From Eledone cirrhosa (taxonomy: Eukaryota): a stretch of DNA of 64,000 nt. The stretch lies in NCBI GenBank assembly GCA_964016885.1, contig OZ024751.1, forward strand, positions 47,554,001-47,618,000, in the 5' to 3' direction. The stretch's first letter is position 1, and every line of letters starts with the position of its first letter. Below the pieces are notes generated by a model, which saw nothing but the letters and a program-made list of their open reading frames with translations, did not search any database and was not told the DNA's origin. Below are positions 1-12,958 of this stretch, one piece after another. Made by a program: the position numbers and the translations under genes.

Positions 1-46
1 GGTTAATTAAAAATATCTTTAATTACAAAGTCTTTTATGTAATAAA

Positions 47-480
47 GTGGCTGAGTGGTGAGAGAATTGGATTCACAATCTTGAGGTTGTGAGTTCGATT
101 CCTGGACCGGGCGGTGCGTTATGTCCTTGAACAAGACACTTTATTTTACGTTGTTCCTTCTACCTGGAGTTGCAACCGATAGATAGTAGTAGCAACTGGA
201 AAGACCCCCGAAAACTTTGTTTCCTCGGTCCGATTTGGCGAAAGTCGATCGATCCTTTATGTAATATGCGTGTGTATGTAAGTATCTATGTCATACTCAC
301 GAATACACACACACACACATATATATATTTATGTGTGTGTGTGTGTGCGTGTATATGTGTGTATGTGTAAATGTATGTATGTTATGCAATAAAATTGTTA
401 CGTCCTCTCAGAAGCTCAACGCCATTGAAACCAGGATTAACACTGAGCTGGACCTGATGAGCCATCGAACTGACTTAAAC
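47..480 (+). mobile_element. tRNA-head SINE with CORE-like central domain and internal (CA/TG)n
   Basis: A box-like GTGGCTGAGTGG (47) and B box-like GAGTTCGATTCC (~92), followed by the CORE-type motif TGTCCTTGAACAAGACACTT. The 3' boundary is approximate. Confidence 0.6.
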
Positions 481-664
481 TGTTTTTAATTGTTACTACT
501 CTTGTTGTTGATGTTTGGAGCTGGCGGAGGCGGTGGCGAAGTTATTAGTACCGTTTGTAATTTTCTTGCCTTTGTTAATGTTGTTTTTGTTGCTCCGTTG
601 TTGTTATTGTTGTTATTAATAAAGTAGTAGTAATACTTGTTATTATTAACGACCATTTAAGTCC

Positions 665-945
665 AAATCCGGGTAACCCAGGCTACAGTAATTTGGCCAC
701 GTTTGCAGGATGAGCAGCGGAAGACTGCCACACCAACCTCTGTCACGACAGCGAGCTATGCACTGGAGCAGAAGCTATTTGGACGAAACAAATCGTGTAG
801 GGCCTCAAATCGAAGCGCCTCGACCCCAACCATGTTAAGGTCAGCGTCACGGATAGAAAAGCGTGGAAGAACATCATCATCGGAGTTCATGATCCAGCGA
901 TACCCACAGCAGAGTATTGATTGAGAGGACAGCCTCCCTCAATCG
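665..945 (+). mobile_element. 3' fragment of an RTE-clade LINE
   Basis: One frame reads RLQ*FGHVCRMSSGRLPHQ, matching the RTE RLRWFGHVxRM..RLP motif; further on ...DRKAWKNII, a typical RTE C-terminus. Interrupted by stops/frameshifts. Confidence 0.6.
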
Positions 946-984
946 CCCATTAGGGCCCGAAGAGAGTTATACTTGTGATTAGTA

Positions 985-1150
985 ACGTAGGCCCTTTACG
1001 TTCTGAGTTCAAATCCCGCCGAGTTTAAGCTTTGCCTTTCATCCTTACAGGGTCGATAAAATAAAATACCAGTAACGAACTGGAGTCGATTTAATCGATT
1101 CCCCTCCCCTCAAATTGCTGGCCTTGTGCCTAAATCTGAAACCATTATTA
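985..1150 (+). mobile_element. tRNA-derived SINE (octopus-type), 5' truncated
   Basis: GAGTTCAAATCCCGCCGAG B box; shared body TTTGCCTTTCATCC...GGTCGATAAAATAAA.TACCAG...TTGCTGGCCTTGTGCC; (TTA) tail. The family recurs more than 15 times in the window. Confidence 0.85.
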
Positions 1151-2032
1151 GGAGTAACGCTGTAGAGTGGTGGTGTTGGTGGTGGTGGTGGTGATGGTGG
1201 TGGTCGTCGTGTGGTGGTGGCGGTTGTGTATCAGTTTCTGTTGCTATTTTAATACCTTATCCTGGTCAGACCATTTGCTAATTCCTGGAACGAACACATT
1301 TATTTTATAAAAGGGATGATAATCATACAGTATAAATACTATCCACCTTAGCTTGTTCTAGAATACTTTGACAACCGAACTTCAAAAGCATATTAAATAT
1401 AAACAGCGAGAGATGAAAGGAACACTAACTAACTGGTTATATCAATGTTGTAAGTTAAAGTCTTTACAGTTCTATAGATTCACGTAATTTTACTGTTTTT
1501 TACAACTTACATTTGTTAGAATCTCTTAGTGAACTAATTACAAGAATTTAAAGCAAACCTTATACATCACAGTCGTTTAAAGCAGTGTTTCTCAACTTTT
1601 TCTTCCTTGTGGCTTAATTGTAGCGACAAAATATTTCAGGCCCACATAATCACAAATAGAAAATTTTATTTAAATCGAAAATTTTATTTAAAGTAGAAAT
1701 TTTATTTAAATAACTTTTGAATTATTTGCCTTTAAAAATAAAGTAAAACAGTTTATGTTTTCATAATTTTACACCAATGGAAAAAAAAAAAAATTCAAAG
1801 GAGGCCACCTATTTTCCTTGGGTCAACTCCAGACCCATCTTAAATATTTCAAAGAGATTTGAAACCCGTCAGATAGTAGAAACTTCAGAGTAACAAGACT
1901 TAAACTTGACCTTAATAAAGAATATATATTACTCTCAACTACAGCATTGGGTAGTCATTCTCACGACCGTCGGTACATATAATAATAATAATAATATTGA
2001 TGATGATGATGATGATAATAATAATAATAAAT

Positions 2033-2248
2033 TTTGGTTTATGATTTAGGCTCAAGGCCAGCAATTTTTTGGGGGGAAAAGTCGATTAAATCGACCCCAG
2101 TGCATTACTGGTACTTTATTTTATCGACCCCGTAAGGATGAAAGGCAAAGTTAACCTCGGCGGGATTTGAACTCAGAACGTAAAGGGTTGCAACTAAATA
2201 CTGCAAAATATATGGTTCGACACTCTACCGATTGTGCCATTCTACTGC
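2033..2248 (-). mobile_element. tRNA-derived SINE (same family)
   Basis: Reverse complement of the same SINE consensus, including the A box TGGCACAATCGG and the B box; flanked by (AAT/GAT)n. Confidence 0.85.
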
Positions 2249-2264
2249 AATAATAATGATAATA

Positions 2265-2295
<31 letters not shown>

Positions 2296-2334
2296 CTTAA
2301 TAATAATAATCTGTTAAATCAACCCCCACGTCAC

Positions 2335-2393
<59 letters not shown>

Positions 2394-2606
2394 CATGTAT
2401 ATACATGTATATATGTGTGTGTGTGTGTGCGGGTATATATATATATATATATACATGCATATATATATTATCTATATATCTATATCTATCTATCTCTATA
2501 TATATATAGAGATATACATATATACATATATATATATATATGTATGCGTGCGTGTGTGCGTGTGTGTGTGTGCGTGTGTGTGCGTGTGTGCGTATATCTA
2601 TATCTA

Positions 2607-2644
<38 letters not shown>

Positions 2645-2959
2645 TTAATACTCAATATAAGAGGGAATAATTATAATAGAATTTTCCAGAAAGACATAAA
2701 GAAAATATATAAAAAATATATTAAAAAATATATATATTAGGCTTCTTCTAGATCACTAACTTTATGATAATGTTCTTTAAATCGATATTGTTTGTCACAT
2801 TAAGCATTGCTCTATAGCTGGGCTTTTTCCCTGTTTTCACGAAGAAAATTAATAACCCAAATCTACTATTTCCTTTTTCTATGCTTGAATTCTTTGAAAT
2901 TTTGGGGCATAATTTTGTTTGTTGTGAGTCCAATCTTGATTTTTTTGTCTGGTTGTCTG

Positions 2960-2994
<35 letters not shown>

Positions 2995-3107
2995 ATACAT
3001 AAACATACATACATATAAATATATATATATATACACACACACATACATACATACACACATATATATATGTATACATATACATACATGTATACTTATATAT
3101 GTATGCA

Positions 3108-3162
<55 letters not shown>

Positions 3163-4039
3163 CATGCCAAGATAAACCATTATATATATATATTGGTGCC
3201 TGTGCTAATTTATGTATGTATATATTTATGTATGCATGCATGTATTTATGTATTTATATATGCATGCTCTCATATCTGTATGTACCCCTGTATTCATACG
3301 GCACTGTATTGCCAGCCTGATCGACTATATTCAATTTAATGTATTATGTTCTGGTTATAAAACTAAACATATTTTATTACCGACGAATTTTTATGAGGAA
3401 TCTTGTCTTAATTTCCGTTGTTTTAGTTATAATCATATCTGTTCCATGTGGATTGTGGATGGTGCACTCAAACATGTCAAACATGTTGGCTGTCACTCGC
3501 TATTTAGTTTGTGTGCCCTTCTCTTCCCTTCTTTTTATAGAGTCATGCTTTCCTATCAAGGGTTCTCATCAAGAGAACCAATACACCAATATATCAAGAC
3601 AAAACCCCTCACCTCCTTGGCACTGACGGCATTTCAATATATGACGTAGTAGTTTTGGCGGCCGAAGAATTGCGATTGTTCCTACATCAATATGACGGAA
3701 ACATACATCAATATGGCAACAACAAGACCCATCCCACACCTCCTAGACACCGACGGCACCGACGGCACTTGAATATCTGGTGCAGTACTGGTTACTCTTA
3801 CTTATGCATTACCTTCCGAATAACGACTTTACAAGAATAGTAACATAAGATTGTTGCAGACATGTGCTAAACCTTGATCGTTTAACAAAATTTGACCTCG
3901 GTGGGATTTGGAATGAGAGAACGCCCAAAGTCGGAACGAATACCGTAAAGCATTCTATCTGACGTTCTAACGACTTTCCTACTTCACCGCCTTTGTACGA
4001 AATCATTAATTAATGTAGAGGTAGAAAATGTACACTTAC

Positions 4040-4517
4040 CTTGTGCAAAACTGTTGAATTTACAAAAGAATCTACCCAACACCCATCCTTCGCTTAGATT
4101 CGAAACAAGATGTACCCAAGAACAGGATAAGGTGATAAGTAGATCCGATGCTGCTAAATTCACAATGTAAAAATTTGTGGTCGTCTGCATCCTTGTGTTT
4201 GTAAAAACCACAGCAATTACAAGACAGTTTCCGGCAGTTGCGAAAACCATAACAATAACATAAAATATAATTTTCACGACGACTTCCCATAGTGGAAATT
4301 TTTTTAGTTCACTGGGATAAGGTATATTTTCAAGTATACTTGTGTAATCTGTGCTTCCGTTCATATTATCGGTTATCGTTTCGGACAGAGAATACGACAT
4401 ATCTGCTATACCAGTGACATCGTTCACCGTAGTTATGTTCCTTTGTAGGGCTCTCGTTGATATGCTGTAAACCGTAGTACTCCAAGTTTGCATGATATCT
4501 GTCATGGCGACCGCCAT
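4040..4517 (-). CDS. First coding exon of a rhodopsin-class (class A) neuropeptide GPCR: N-terminus to TM3
   Basis: N-glycosylation sequons (NIT, NGS), TM1 GN motif (TAGNCLVI), TM2 TNFYIVNLAASDLL, ECL1 WVLGRFFCK. The exon ends at the donor CAAG|GTAAG (intron starts 4039). A candidate acceptor TTTTATTTTTCAG at 4719-4731 would make 4518-4718 5'UTR. Ligand family is not assignable by eye. Confidence 0.92.
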
Positions 4518-5435
4518 TGTAACAGGAATGAAATATCCTTTTGATTGGTTTGTTTGTATTCAATATAAAAATATAGTGACTAATAATAATAATAATAGTA
4601 ACAAGAATAATACAATATGAATTCTGTTGTTCGGAAGAGAATGAATCTGGAATCAGTGAAATCGTGATAGATTATGGCAGATCCTTTAAGGAAATATATA
4701 TATGTGTGACAACCGAATCTGAAAAATAAAATAAAAACAAAATAGATAAAAACGAACGTTAAAAATGGAAGATTAAATAGTAAATGCGAAAAAATGCAGG
4801 AGAAATAAAGATTTAAAAAAAGAGTACAATAGATTTTATAGTCCTAAAATCATGTAAAGCAATAAACTACGTTGATGTGGAAAATCTGTTGCAGAATTGG
4901 AAGTGATAAAAAGTAGAATATTTATCAGATTTAACACATTAAATCAGAACAATATAAAGGCTGTTGTGACTTTTTAAAAAAATATAATATGGATCAGATC
5001 AGCCCTTTAAGAAAGCTATTTAACAGAATCTTTAGAGCGTCCGAGAGATATCTTATATTGTTTAATCCAACACCTTGCGCATGGCGTCCGACCTTCTACC
5101 GATACTGCCAATGCACCGCCTTTTGATAGCAACAATAATATGTAAAAACATGAAAAACAAGCAACTTCCAAGATTCTCGATACGATGGTCTGACACTGTT
5201 GTCATTGAGCTGGCTACCCCCCCTCCCCATATGATTTCCATTCATCTCTAGCACTAGGGCGGAAGAGGGAGTTAGTCTCCCACCTCACGCCACTTCCGCT
5301 AGATATCAATAATTTAGCAAGTTTTAGGCCTGAGAATATCGCCTCCTCTCTATCAAGTAGGGGTGATATGAATGGTAGCAATTATATATATATATAAGTG
5401 TGTATGTGTGTGAGTGTTATCTCTCTCTCTCTCTC

Positions 5436-5512
<77 letters not shown>

Positions 5513-5569
5513 TATATATAATATATATATATAATATATATATATATAATATATATATATATATATAAT

Positions 5570-5650
<81 letters not shown>

Positions 5651-6566
5651 TTATTTATTTATATATATAATCCCAGTATTAAATAAGTAGGTAAACAATA
5701 TCTGCAGCCGATGGCGAACGAACTCTTTAAGTAGAAGAGAAAAAAAAAACACAGACGAAATGGCGGCCATAAAAAATACAACGGGACAAAGGGGAGTTTC
5801 ATTATCAATGGCTGAAACAAAATTTAAGAAATATTGTTCTTAAAACGTAAAGAGAACTATTAGACCCTCTGTTCCCGTAAATCATATACTTTATAACTAG
5901 CATTACAGACATTGCTGAGGGGATTGAATATATAAAGTGATATCGATGAGTGAGAGAAAGAGGTGGAATGATGGGGAAGAGGATGAGGAGAGAGAGGGAG
6001 AGAGGGAGAGAGCGAGAGAAGGTGAGAGAGGGAGAGAGATATTTAGACATAGGAGGAGAGAAAGTGATAGTTAGATAAATGAGATTAAGAAAGGGAAGGA
6101 GTGAGAGAGAGGGAGAGAGAGAGATAGTTTGACATAGAGGAAGAGAATGGAATAGTTAGATATAGTAAGAAATGTGAGAAAGAGAAATGAGATTGAGAGA
6201 GGGAAAAGAGGGAGAGAGAAGGGGAGAAGTGAGAGAAAGGGGAGAGATGGAGATAGAGAGAGTGAGCTAGTTATACAGAAAGGGAGATATAGTAAGAAAG
6301 GTGAGAAAGAGAAAGAAGGAGATTGAGAGAGAGAGGGAAAGGGCAGAGAGAGAAGGAGAGAGAAAAGACGAGATAAATATAGAGATTGTATTTAAATGAG
6401 GAAGGAAGAAAAAGTCAAATTCATGGATCAGCCGAGATAAAACAAAAACATGAGGGGGACCCTGAGTTTTTAACGAGATAATACGTCACTCTGCAAAAAT
6501 TGAAACAGTCTATCTATCGATCTGATTGTCTTTCACTCTGCCTGTCTGTCTATCGCTCTCTGTATG

Positions 6567-6636
<70 letters not shown>

Positions 6637-7540
6637 CAGGAAAGAAGGTTTACATGGTTTGCTATACAAAAAAGTTTTTAATCACATAGCTTACATTTGT
6701 TTCACTGAACTGGTATGTCTAGAGATCGCTATCCGCTTAATTTTGCGTCACTCGATCGCCAATACAGAATTATAACCAGTCAGATCTTCGGAGCATGCGA
6801 GAATGAAGAAAATACACAGGCAAGAAAATAAAAGAAAATACAGGCTACTATATGAAGTAGTAATGGCATTCAATTAGAACAATAACAACAATTACAACAA
6901 TGCTATCAATAAATTATTTAAGGAGACCCTGACATTACTTAGGTGGGGGGTATATAATGTATCTAATGTTACGGCGTGAAAACTAGCTGTCATAAGGCAA
7001 AATGAAGCGTTGACATGTACAACGTATCTTAGTGTATATCAATTTTAAATTATAAAGATAAGCTAGTTTTTACAGTCTTTCTCTTCATCTTCAACAGTAT
7101 ACATGAGTGGGACCACTGTCAAAGCTAAATAGTTGTAGAGTTAATACAGAGGTTAACGAATTAATATACGCATATATTTACGCACACACACACATATATA
7201 TATATATATATACACATATATACACATGCATGTGTACATAGACACATACATACACATCAATATACACTCGTACAAAAATATACATACATGCAAAGAGAAA
7301 AGCGTGCTAATTGTAATTATGGCAACAAGAAGGTAAAGTAACATTGTAGTAGTGAAATGAGAAAAACTAGGATTTAGGATCAAATGATGGCAGCAGCTGA
7401 GAAGGAGTAAGATTGTTGGTAGATGAGGTACTTACAGACAATTGTGTGGTATAGACTTGTGAAGGATATAGTATACTTAATGAATATATTTCTGTGGGTA
7501 GTAGGTATCCTAATTTAAAGCTATGTTATGTTGGTTCGAT

Positions 7541-8122
7541 TCACGGAGGTTTGAATCTTATGAATTTAGTGGCTATTCTATGTCTGCAGAAGATAGATCT
7601 TTCTAACTTATTGTTAAGTAGCCTTTTAACATTTCTAAGGATATACAATAGCTCAAGATCACACAGCCCGCAATAGGACATCCCTGTACTATAGGTTTTA
7701 GCAGCCGACAACTTCGACCAGTTGATACTGTAGTTAGTGTTGCTGTCCTTCAATTCCCATATTTTTCTGGCGAGGGTGGTGGAACCCATAAGTGCACGGT
7801 TTTTCATTGAGTGCCTGTGCACATACCATCTTTTCTTAAAAGAACCCGCGGTGGATCCTATGTAATTCCAGGTGGAGTTATCCGAGATGACAGTGCACAT
7901 GTACACCAGGCTCGAATCGAGACATCTGTTCGCCAATGGGCACCTATCTGGGAGGTGACAGTTACAGTTTGAGGCGCTATTTTGTGCAGCTTTTACATTC
8001 CTGTTTAGTACTCTGTTATAAGTGGGTTGTGATATATGCCCAATAGGGGTTTTGCTGCTGCGCGTTTGTATGCGCTTGTGGTTGTGATGTTGTGATGAGT
8101 TTGTGCTTATGTATAGGTGCAA
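7541..8122 (-). pseudogene. PLE Zn-knuckle + GIY-YIG endonuclease (left arm)
   Basis: CNC-x5-CPL-x3-CL, then LVY...NYIGST..FKKRW..H, CGLC, CRHR. Confidence 0.88.
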
Positions 8123-9512
8123 TTGATTTACTAGAGATATTTCTGTGGTTGATCTTGCGTATGTGTGATTCTATGTTAGCTGCTGTTGAGAATGAGAGTT
8201 TTATAATAGATCTATTGAGTATTTTGTGATATCTATGCGAGATAGGGAAGTGTTTATCTATTAGTTTAAAGAATGTAGAGGGCAGTCTAGTTTTTATAGA
8301 GGAGTTGAATATTGGGTTGAACCATAGGTATTTTCTTTGTCTGTTTCTTCTATTGTTTCTTGGGTTTACGTTATTAGTGTTTTGACCGATAACTCCAGGT
8401 GTTACATGTCTAACCCTATGTCTAGTCAAGCTATTCCTATTATTATGTGAGCGGTTAGAGTAGTAATTACTAGGATTGTTTATGTTGTCCTTATTCACTA
8501 TATACTGTAGTTTATCTTTATGACCGGCCCTACTTAATGCTGCATTATAATAGTCAGCATGCTCGTTAAAGATTTCTAGGTTTGAGGATAAGCGGGATAT
8601 TCGGAGGGATATACTACGTGCTATGGATTTAATTATGGATTTGGGGTGATTTGAGTTGTAACTAATGTTGGCAAGATTTTCCTTATTTTTGTGGAAAGGT
8701 TCTATTAATCCAGTATTTAGATTTAGAGTTACATCTAGAAAATTTACCTTCTTATGGTTTAGTTCGTAGGTAATACTTAGGCCTAGTTTTTTGAAGAATA
8801 TTCTAATATTTTTCCTTAGTCTTTCCATGCTCTGGTTGTTTAGGTTCCTAGCTATAAGTAACGTGTCGTCCCTATAAATTCCTCCTTGGAGGTTACTGAA
8901 TTCCTTATGTAGGTTGTGTGCTATGAATAGCCCCACGATATCTGTGATTTGCGCAGAATCATTTGATCCCATTGTTATATCGAAGCTATTTATTCTATCC
9001 TTTCTTACCCAGTAGTTATTTTCAAATTTTATGATAGTCCTTCTAGCCGCTATTATTATTTCAATTTCATCATGGGTAAGATCAGAGTTATTTTGGGCAA
9101 ATATAAGCGCCTTATCTAGGGTAGCTGGGGATATGGATGCATAATAGTCGTCTATATCAAATTGTATGAAGTTACACGTCTCCCTATTTTGTATTTTATT
9201 GAACCATTTAATTGCCTCGTTAGTGTTGCCCCATAAATTGATTTCTAGTTTACCCTTTATTTGTGCGATTACCCTATCTAGAATGTTTTTGCTAATTTTA
9301 CCTATGTCTGACTTGGATGGGCATATTAATCTAATGGTGGGATTAGTTTCAAAGTTATTTTTGTGATCCTTCAGGTTAAATGTAGGGTTGCACGGAGTAA
9401 GCGGTTCGGTCCTATCTGAAATTCCGAGTTTATTAACTATCTTGAGGCCCTCCATGTTAATGCTGGTGAGTGTAGATTCATTTGTTTTTTTATATTTTTT
9501 TATGTAGTTCAC
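8016..9512 (-). pseudogene. PLE reverse transcriptase (Naiad-type), 5' truncated, out of frame with the endonuclease
   Basis: LKDHKNNFETNPTIRLICPSKSDIGKISK, QFDIDDYYASIS, FDITMGSNDSAQ, GIYRDDTL (catalytic DD), VNFLDVTLNL, WFNP: motifs typical of Naiad-clade PLE RTs. Confidence 0.9.
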
Positions 9513-9845
9513 GCTGAATAAAGTTATTGTATGTGTTAATGACTAGACATAGGGTTAGACATGTAACACCTGGAGTAAACGGCCAAAACACTAATAACGT
9601 AAACCCAAGAAACAATAGAAGAAACAGACAAAGAAAATACCTATGGTTCAACCCAATATTCAACTCCTCTATAAAAACTAGACTGCCCTCTACATTCTTT
9701 AAACTAATAGATAAACACTTCCCTATCTCGCATAGATATCACAAAATACTCAATAGATCTATTATAAAACTCTCATTCTCAACAGCAGCTAACATAGAAT
9801 CACACATACGCAAGATCAACCACAGAAATATCTCTAGTAAATCAA

Positions 9846-10427
9846 TTGCACCTATACATAAGCACAAACTCATCACAACATCACAACCACAAGCGCATAC
9901 AAACGCGCAGCAGCAAAACCCCTATTGGGCATATATCACAACCCACTTATAACAGAGTACTAAACAGGAATGTAAAAGCTGCACAAAATAGCGCCTCAAA
10001 CTGTAACTGTCACCTCCCAGATAGGTGCCCATTGGCGAACAGATGTCTCGATTCGAGCCTGGTGTACATGTGCACTGTCATCTCGGATAACTCCACCTGG
10101 AATTACATAGGATCCACCGCGGGTTCTTTTAAGAAAAGATGGTATGTGCACAGGCACTCAATGAAAAACCGTGCACTTATGGGTTCCACCACCCTCGCCA
10201 GAAAAATATGGGAATTGAAGGACAGCAACACTAACTACAGTATCAACTGGTCGAAGTTGTCGGCTGCTAAAACCTATAGTACAGGGATGTCCTATTGCGG
10301 GCTGTGTGATCTTGAGCTATTGTATATCCTTAGAAATGTTAAAAGGCTACTTAACAATAAGTTAGAAAGATCTATCTTCTGCAGACATAGAATAGCCACT
10401 AAATTCATAAGATTCAAACCTCCGTGA
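9846..10427 (+). pseudogene. PLE Zn-knuckle + GIY-YIG endonuclease (right arm, identical protein)
   Basis: Same 193-aa translation as 7541-8122. Confidence 0.88.
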
Positions 10428-11167
10428 ATCGAACCAACATAACATAGCTTTAAATTAGGATACCTACTACCCACAGAAATATATTCATTAAGTATACTAT
10501 ATCCTTCACAAGTCTATACCACACAATTGTCTGTAAGTACCTCATCTACCAACAATCTTACTCCTTCTCAGCTGCTGCCATCATTTGATCCTAAATCCTA
10601 GTTTTTCTCATTTCACTACTACAATGTTACTTTACCTTCTTGTTGCCATAATTACAATTAGCACGCTTTTCTCTTTGCATGTATGTATATTTTTGTACGA
10701 GTGTATATTGATGTGTATGTATGTGTCTATGTACACATGCATGTGTATATATGTGTATATATATATATATATATGTGTGTGTGTGCGTAAATATATGCGT
10801 ATATTAATTCGTTAACCTCTGTATTAACTCTACAACTATTTAGCTTTGACAGTGGTCCCACTCATGTATACTGTTGAAGATGAAGAGAAAGACTGTAAAA
10901 ACTAGCTTATCTTTATAATTTAAAATTGATATACACTAAGATACGTTGTACATGTCAACGCTTCATTTTGCCTTATGACAGCTAGTTTTCACGCCGTAAC
11001 ATTAGATACATTATATACCCCCCACCTAAGTAATGTCAGGGTCTCCTTAAATAATTTATTGATAGCATTGTTGTAATTGTTGTTATTGTTCTAATTGAAT
11101 GCCATTACTACTTCATATAGTAGCCTGTATTTTCTTTTATTTTCTTGCCTGTGTATTTTCTTCATTC

Positions 11168-11286
11168 TCGCATGCTCCGAAGATCTGACTGGTTATAATT
11201 CTGTATTGGCGATCGAGTGACGCAAAATTAAGCGGATAGCGATCTCTAGACATACCAGTTCAGTGAAACAAATGTAAGCTATGTGA
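11168..11286 (+). ncRNA. Candidate variant type I hammerhead ribozyme in the Naiad 3' repeat (mirror copy 6682-6800, minus)
   Basis: Helix I TCGCATGCT/AGCTATGTGA; core CCGAAGA (11177); long helix II region CTGACTGGT...ACCAGTTCAG; GAAAC (11265); minimal helix III; GTA triplet (11274-11276). Confidence 0.55.
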
Positions 11287-11473
11287 TTAAAAACTTTTTT
11301 GTATAGCAAACCATGTAAACCTTCTCTCCTGATTTATTATTACTCCAAGTGTTTACAACATAGGAATTACAGCGTTAATATCATCATACCAAGCGCTAAT
11401 ATCATCCACTACCTGGAATACTATAACTGGACTTCACCTAAGTGGACTGCATTTAACTATTATTTGTTAATCC

Positions 11474-11543
<70 letters not shown>

Positions 11544-11649
11544 ATAACTGAGCAAAGGACTCGCGTATAATACTGTAATTTAATGAGCTCAAAGGAAGTC
11601 CTTTAAATGAAAACACACTCTCCTGTGTTTCTCCTCACTATATTGTATG

Positions 11650-11689
<40 letters not shown>

Positions 11690-11713
11690 TATATATATAA
11701 ATATATATATATA

Positions 11714-11908
11714 AATTAGAAATATAGGCTATCGCCGTATTTTGACTAAAGAAATTAAAGAAATTATTTAATGGAAAAAGATGAGTATTGATGTACATCA
11801 ATACTCATCTTTTTCCATTTCTCCGAGGGTTCTTAACCCCACTATCAGGCTAAATAATTTCTTTAATTTCTTTAGTCAAAATACGGCGATAGCTTATATT
11901 TCTAATTT
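11714..11908. repeat. Nested fold-back element next to (TA)n
   Basis: Outer arms ~11714-11769 and ~11851-11908, plus a perfect ~50-bp palindrome AATGGAAAAAGATGAGTATTGATGT|ACATCAATACTCATCTTTTTCCATT at ~11770-11819. Confidence 0.8.
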
Positions 11909-12177
11909 AAATCTCGCTCGCTGTTTCGAAAATATTCTTACATATATATATATATATAGTTTTAATATAGATGAGATTCTACAGGACTAGAACTGTTTCA
12001 TTCTTTAGAAATCATCAGTATATATATATATGAGATCCTCACTTGCTGTGGAATCGGTAAAACCCAGCCATAGGTTAGAAAATCATTGTAATAACTACAT
12101 TCTACTTTCGAATACTAAGCTAAGAACTAGTAACTTCCCTCACTCTTTCTCTCTCTCACTATATATATATATATATT

Positions 12178-12245
<68 letters not shown>

Positions 12246-12401
12246 GTAAGAATATTTTCGAAACCGAAATATATATATATATATATTGGATCTAGCTGCC
12301 GAAACGGGTTCCTGACCCCCCCCCCCCCCCACACACATGTATGTATGTATGTATGTATGTATGTATGTATGTATGTATGTATGTATGTATGTATGTATGT
12401 C

Positions 12402-12958
12402 TCATGGCCGGGTCGTTGGCGTCTAAACTGGCAACCCCACCAAGGTTTCTTGGTGAGGAGGGTGACTTTGGACATCCTGCAGGACTAAAAACAAAACCTG
12501 TCAAAGGGCAAAGGAGCTCTTAAGAGTCAATGGCCATCCAAAATCACCGGGAGAGATGACCCCTTAGCCTTTGTCAGGGCAGAATTCTAGGAGAAGGAAA
12601 ATTCTGATATAGCACCTGCAACTCTGATGGTATCCAATGATGTTGACTTGTTCTTCTTTTTGGTAAATATCATCTTGGTTAAGAAAGTGGGACTGGCTTT
12701 CTGCAGTGCCTTTGCTCACTATAAAAGCTTCACGGCACAGGCATTGCTTTATATCTGGAGATCTCTCTGCACTTGTCGTCACATGGTACCATGGGCCCAG
12801 CACTATGTGTCAATAATTGTCACAAGTGTAGTGTTTGTACCAGAGTTTTCAAGTCGCTGGCTGGACTAAAAAGCCACACTTGTTCAGCGCATCGGTAGGG
12901 TTTCTCCTACATGGATATGAAGTAGTGGCCGTACTCGAAAACGAGTTGGCAGCCACCA
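12402..12958 (+). mobile_element. Non-autonomous retroelement with (ATGT)n tail
   Basis: Non-coding ~560 bp flanked by (TATG)n. Copies at 22655-22940, 24980-25262 and 62232-62644 (minus) share the 3' end GCAGCCACC-ATG and differ at the 5' end. Contains the TAGGAGAAGGAAAATTCTGA motif seen in RTE-type 5'UTRs. Confidence 0.75.

Larger units (their letters stand above)
6633..11475. mobile_element. Naiad-type Penelope-like element: 5'-truncated copy plus inverted partial copy, inserted in (TA)n
   Basis: Arms 6633-8428 and 9540-11335 are reverse complements (coordinates sum to 17968). The spacer is RT coding sequence. (TA)n lies at both flanks, and there is a 140-bp extension at 11336-11475. Confidence 0.93.

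Noticed and set aside
47-110. tRNA gene
   Set aside because: A/B boxes are present but no full cloverleaf; the sequence continues into a SINE body.
455-470. CTGATGAG motifs at 455 and ~55753, and degenerate cores at ~43933, ~54727 and ~60188
   Set aside because: No convincing helix I/II with a correctly placed GAAA and cleavage triplet.
1583-1620. hAT-like terminal sequence CAGTGTTTCTCAAC
   Set aside because: No matching second TIR or TSD was found.
7541-9512. Selenocysteine recoding, known in some Naiad PLEs
   Set aside because: No in-frame TGA is present in the visible RT or endonuclease, the conserved Cys positions are Cys codons, and I could not identify a SECIS by eye. The missing 5' part cannot be judged.
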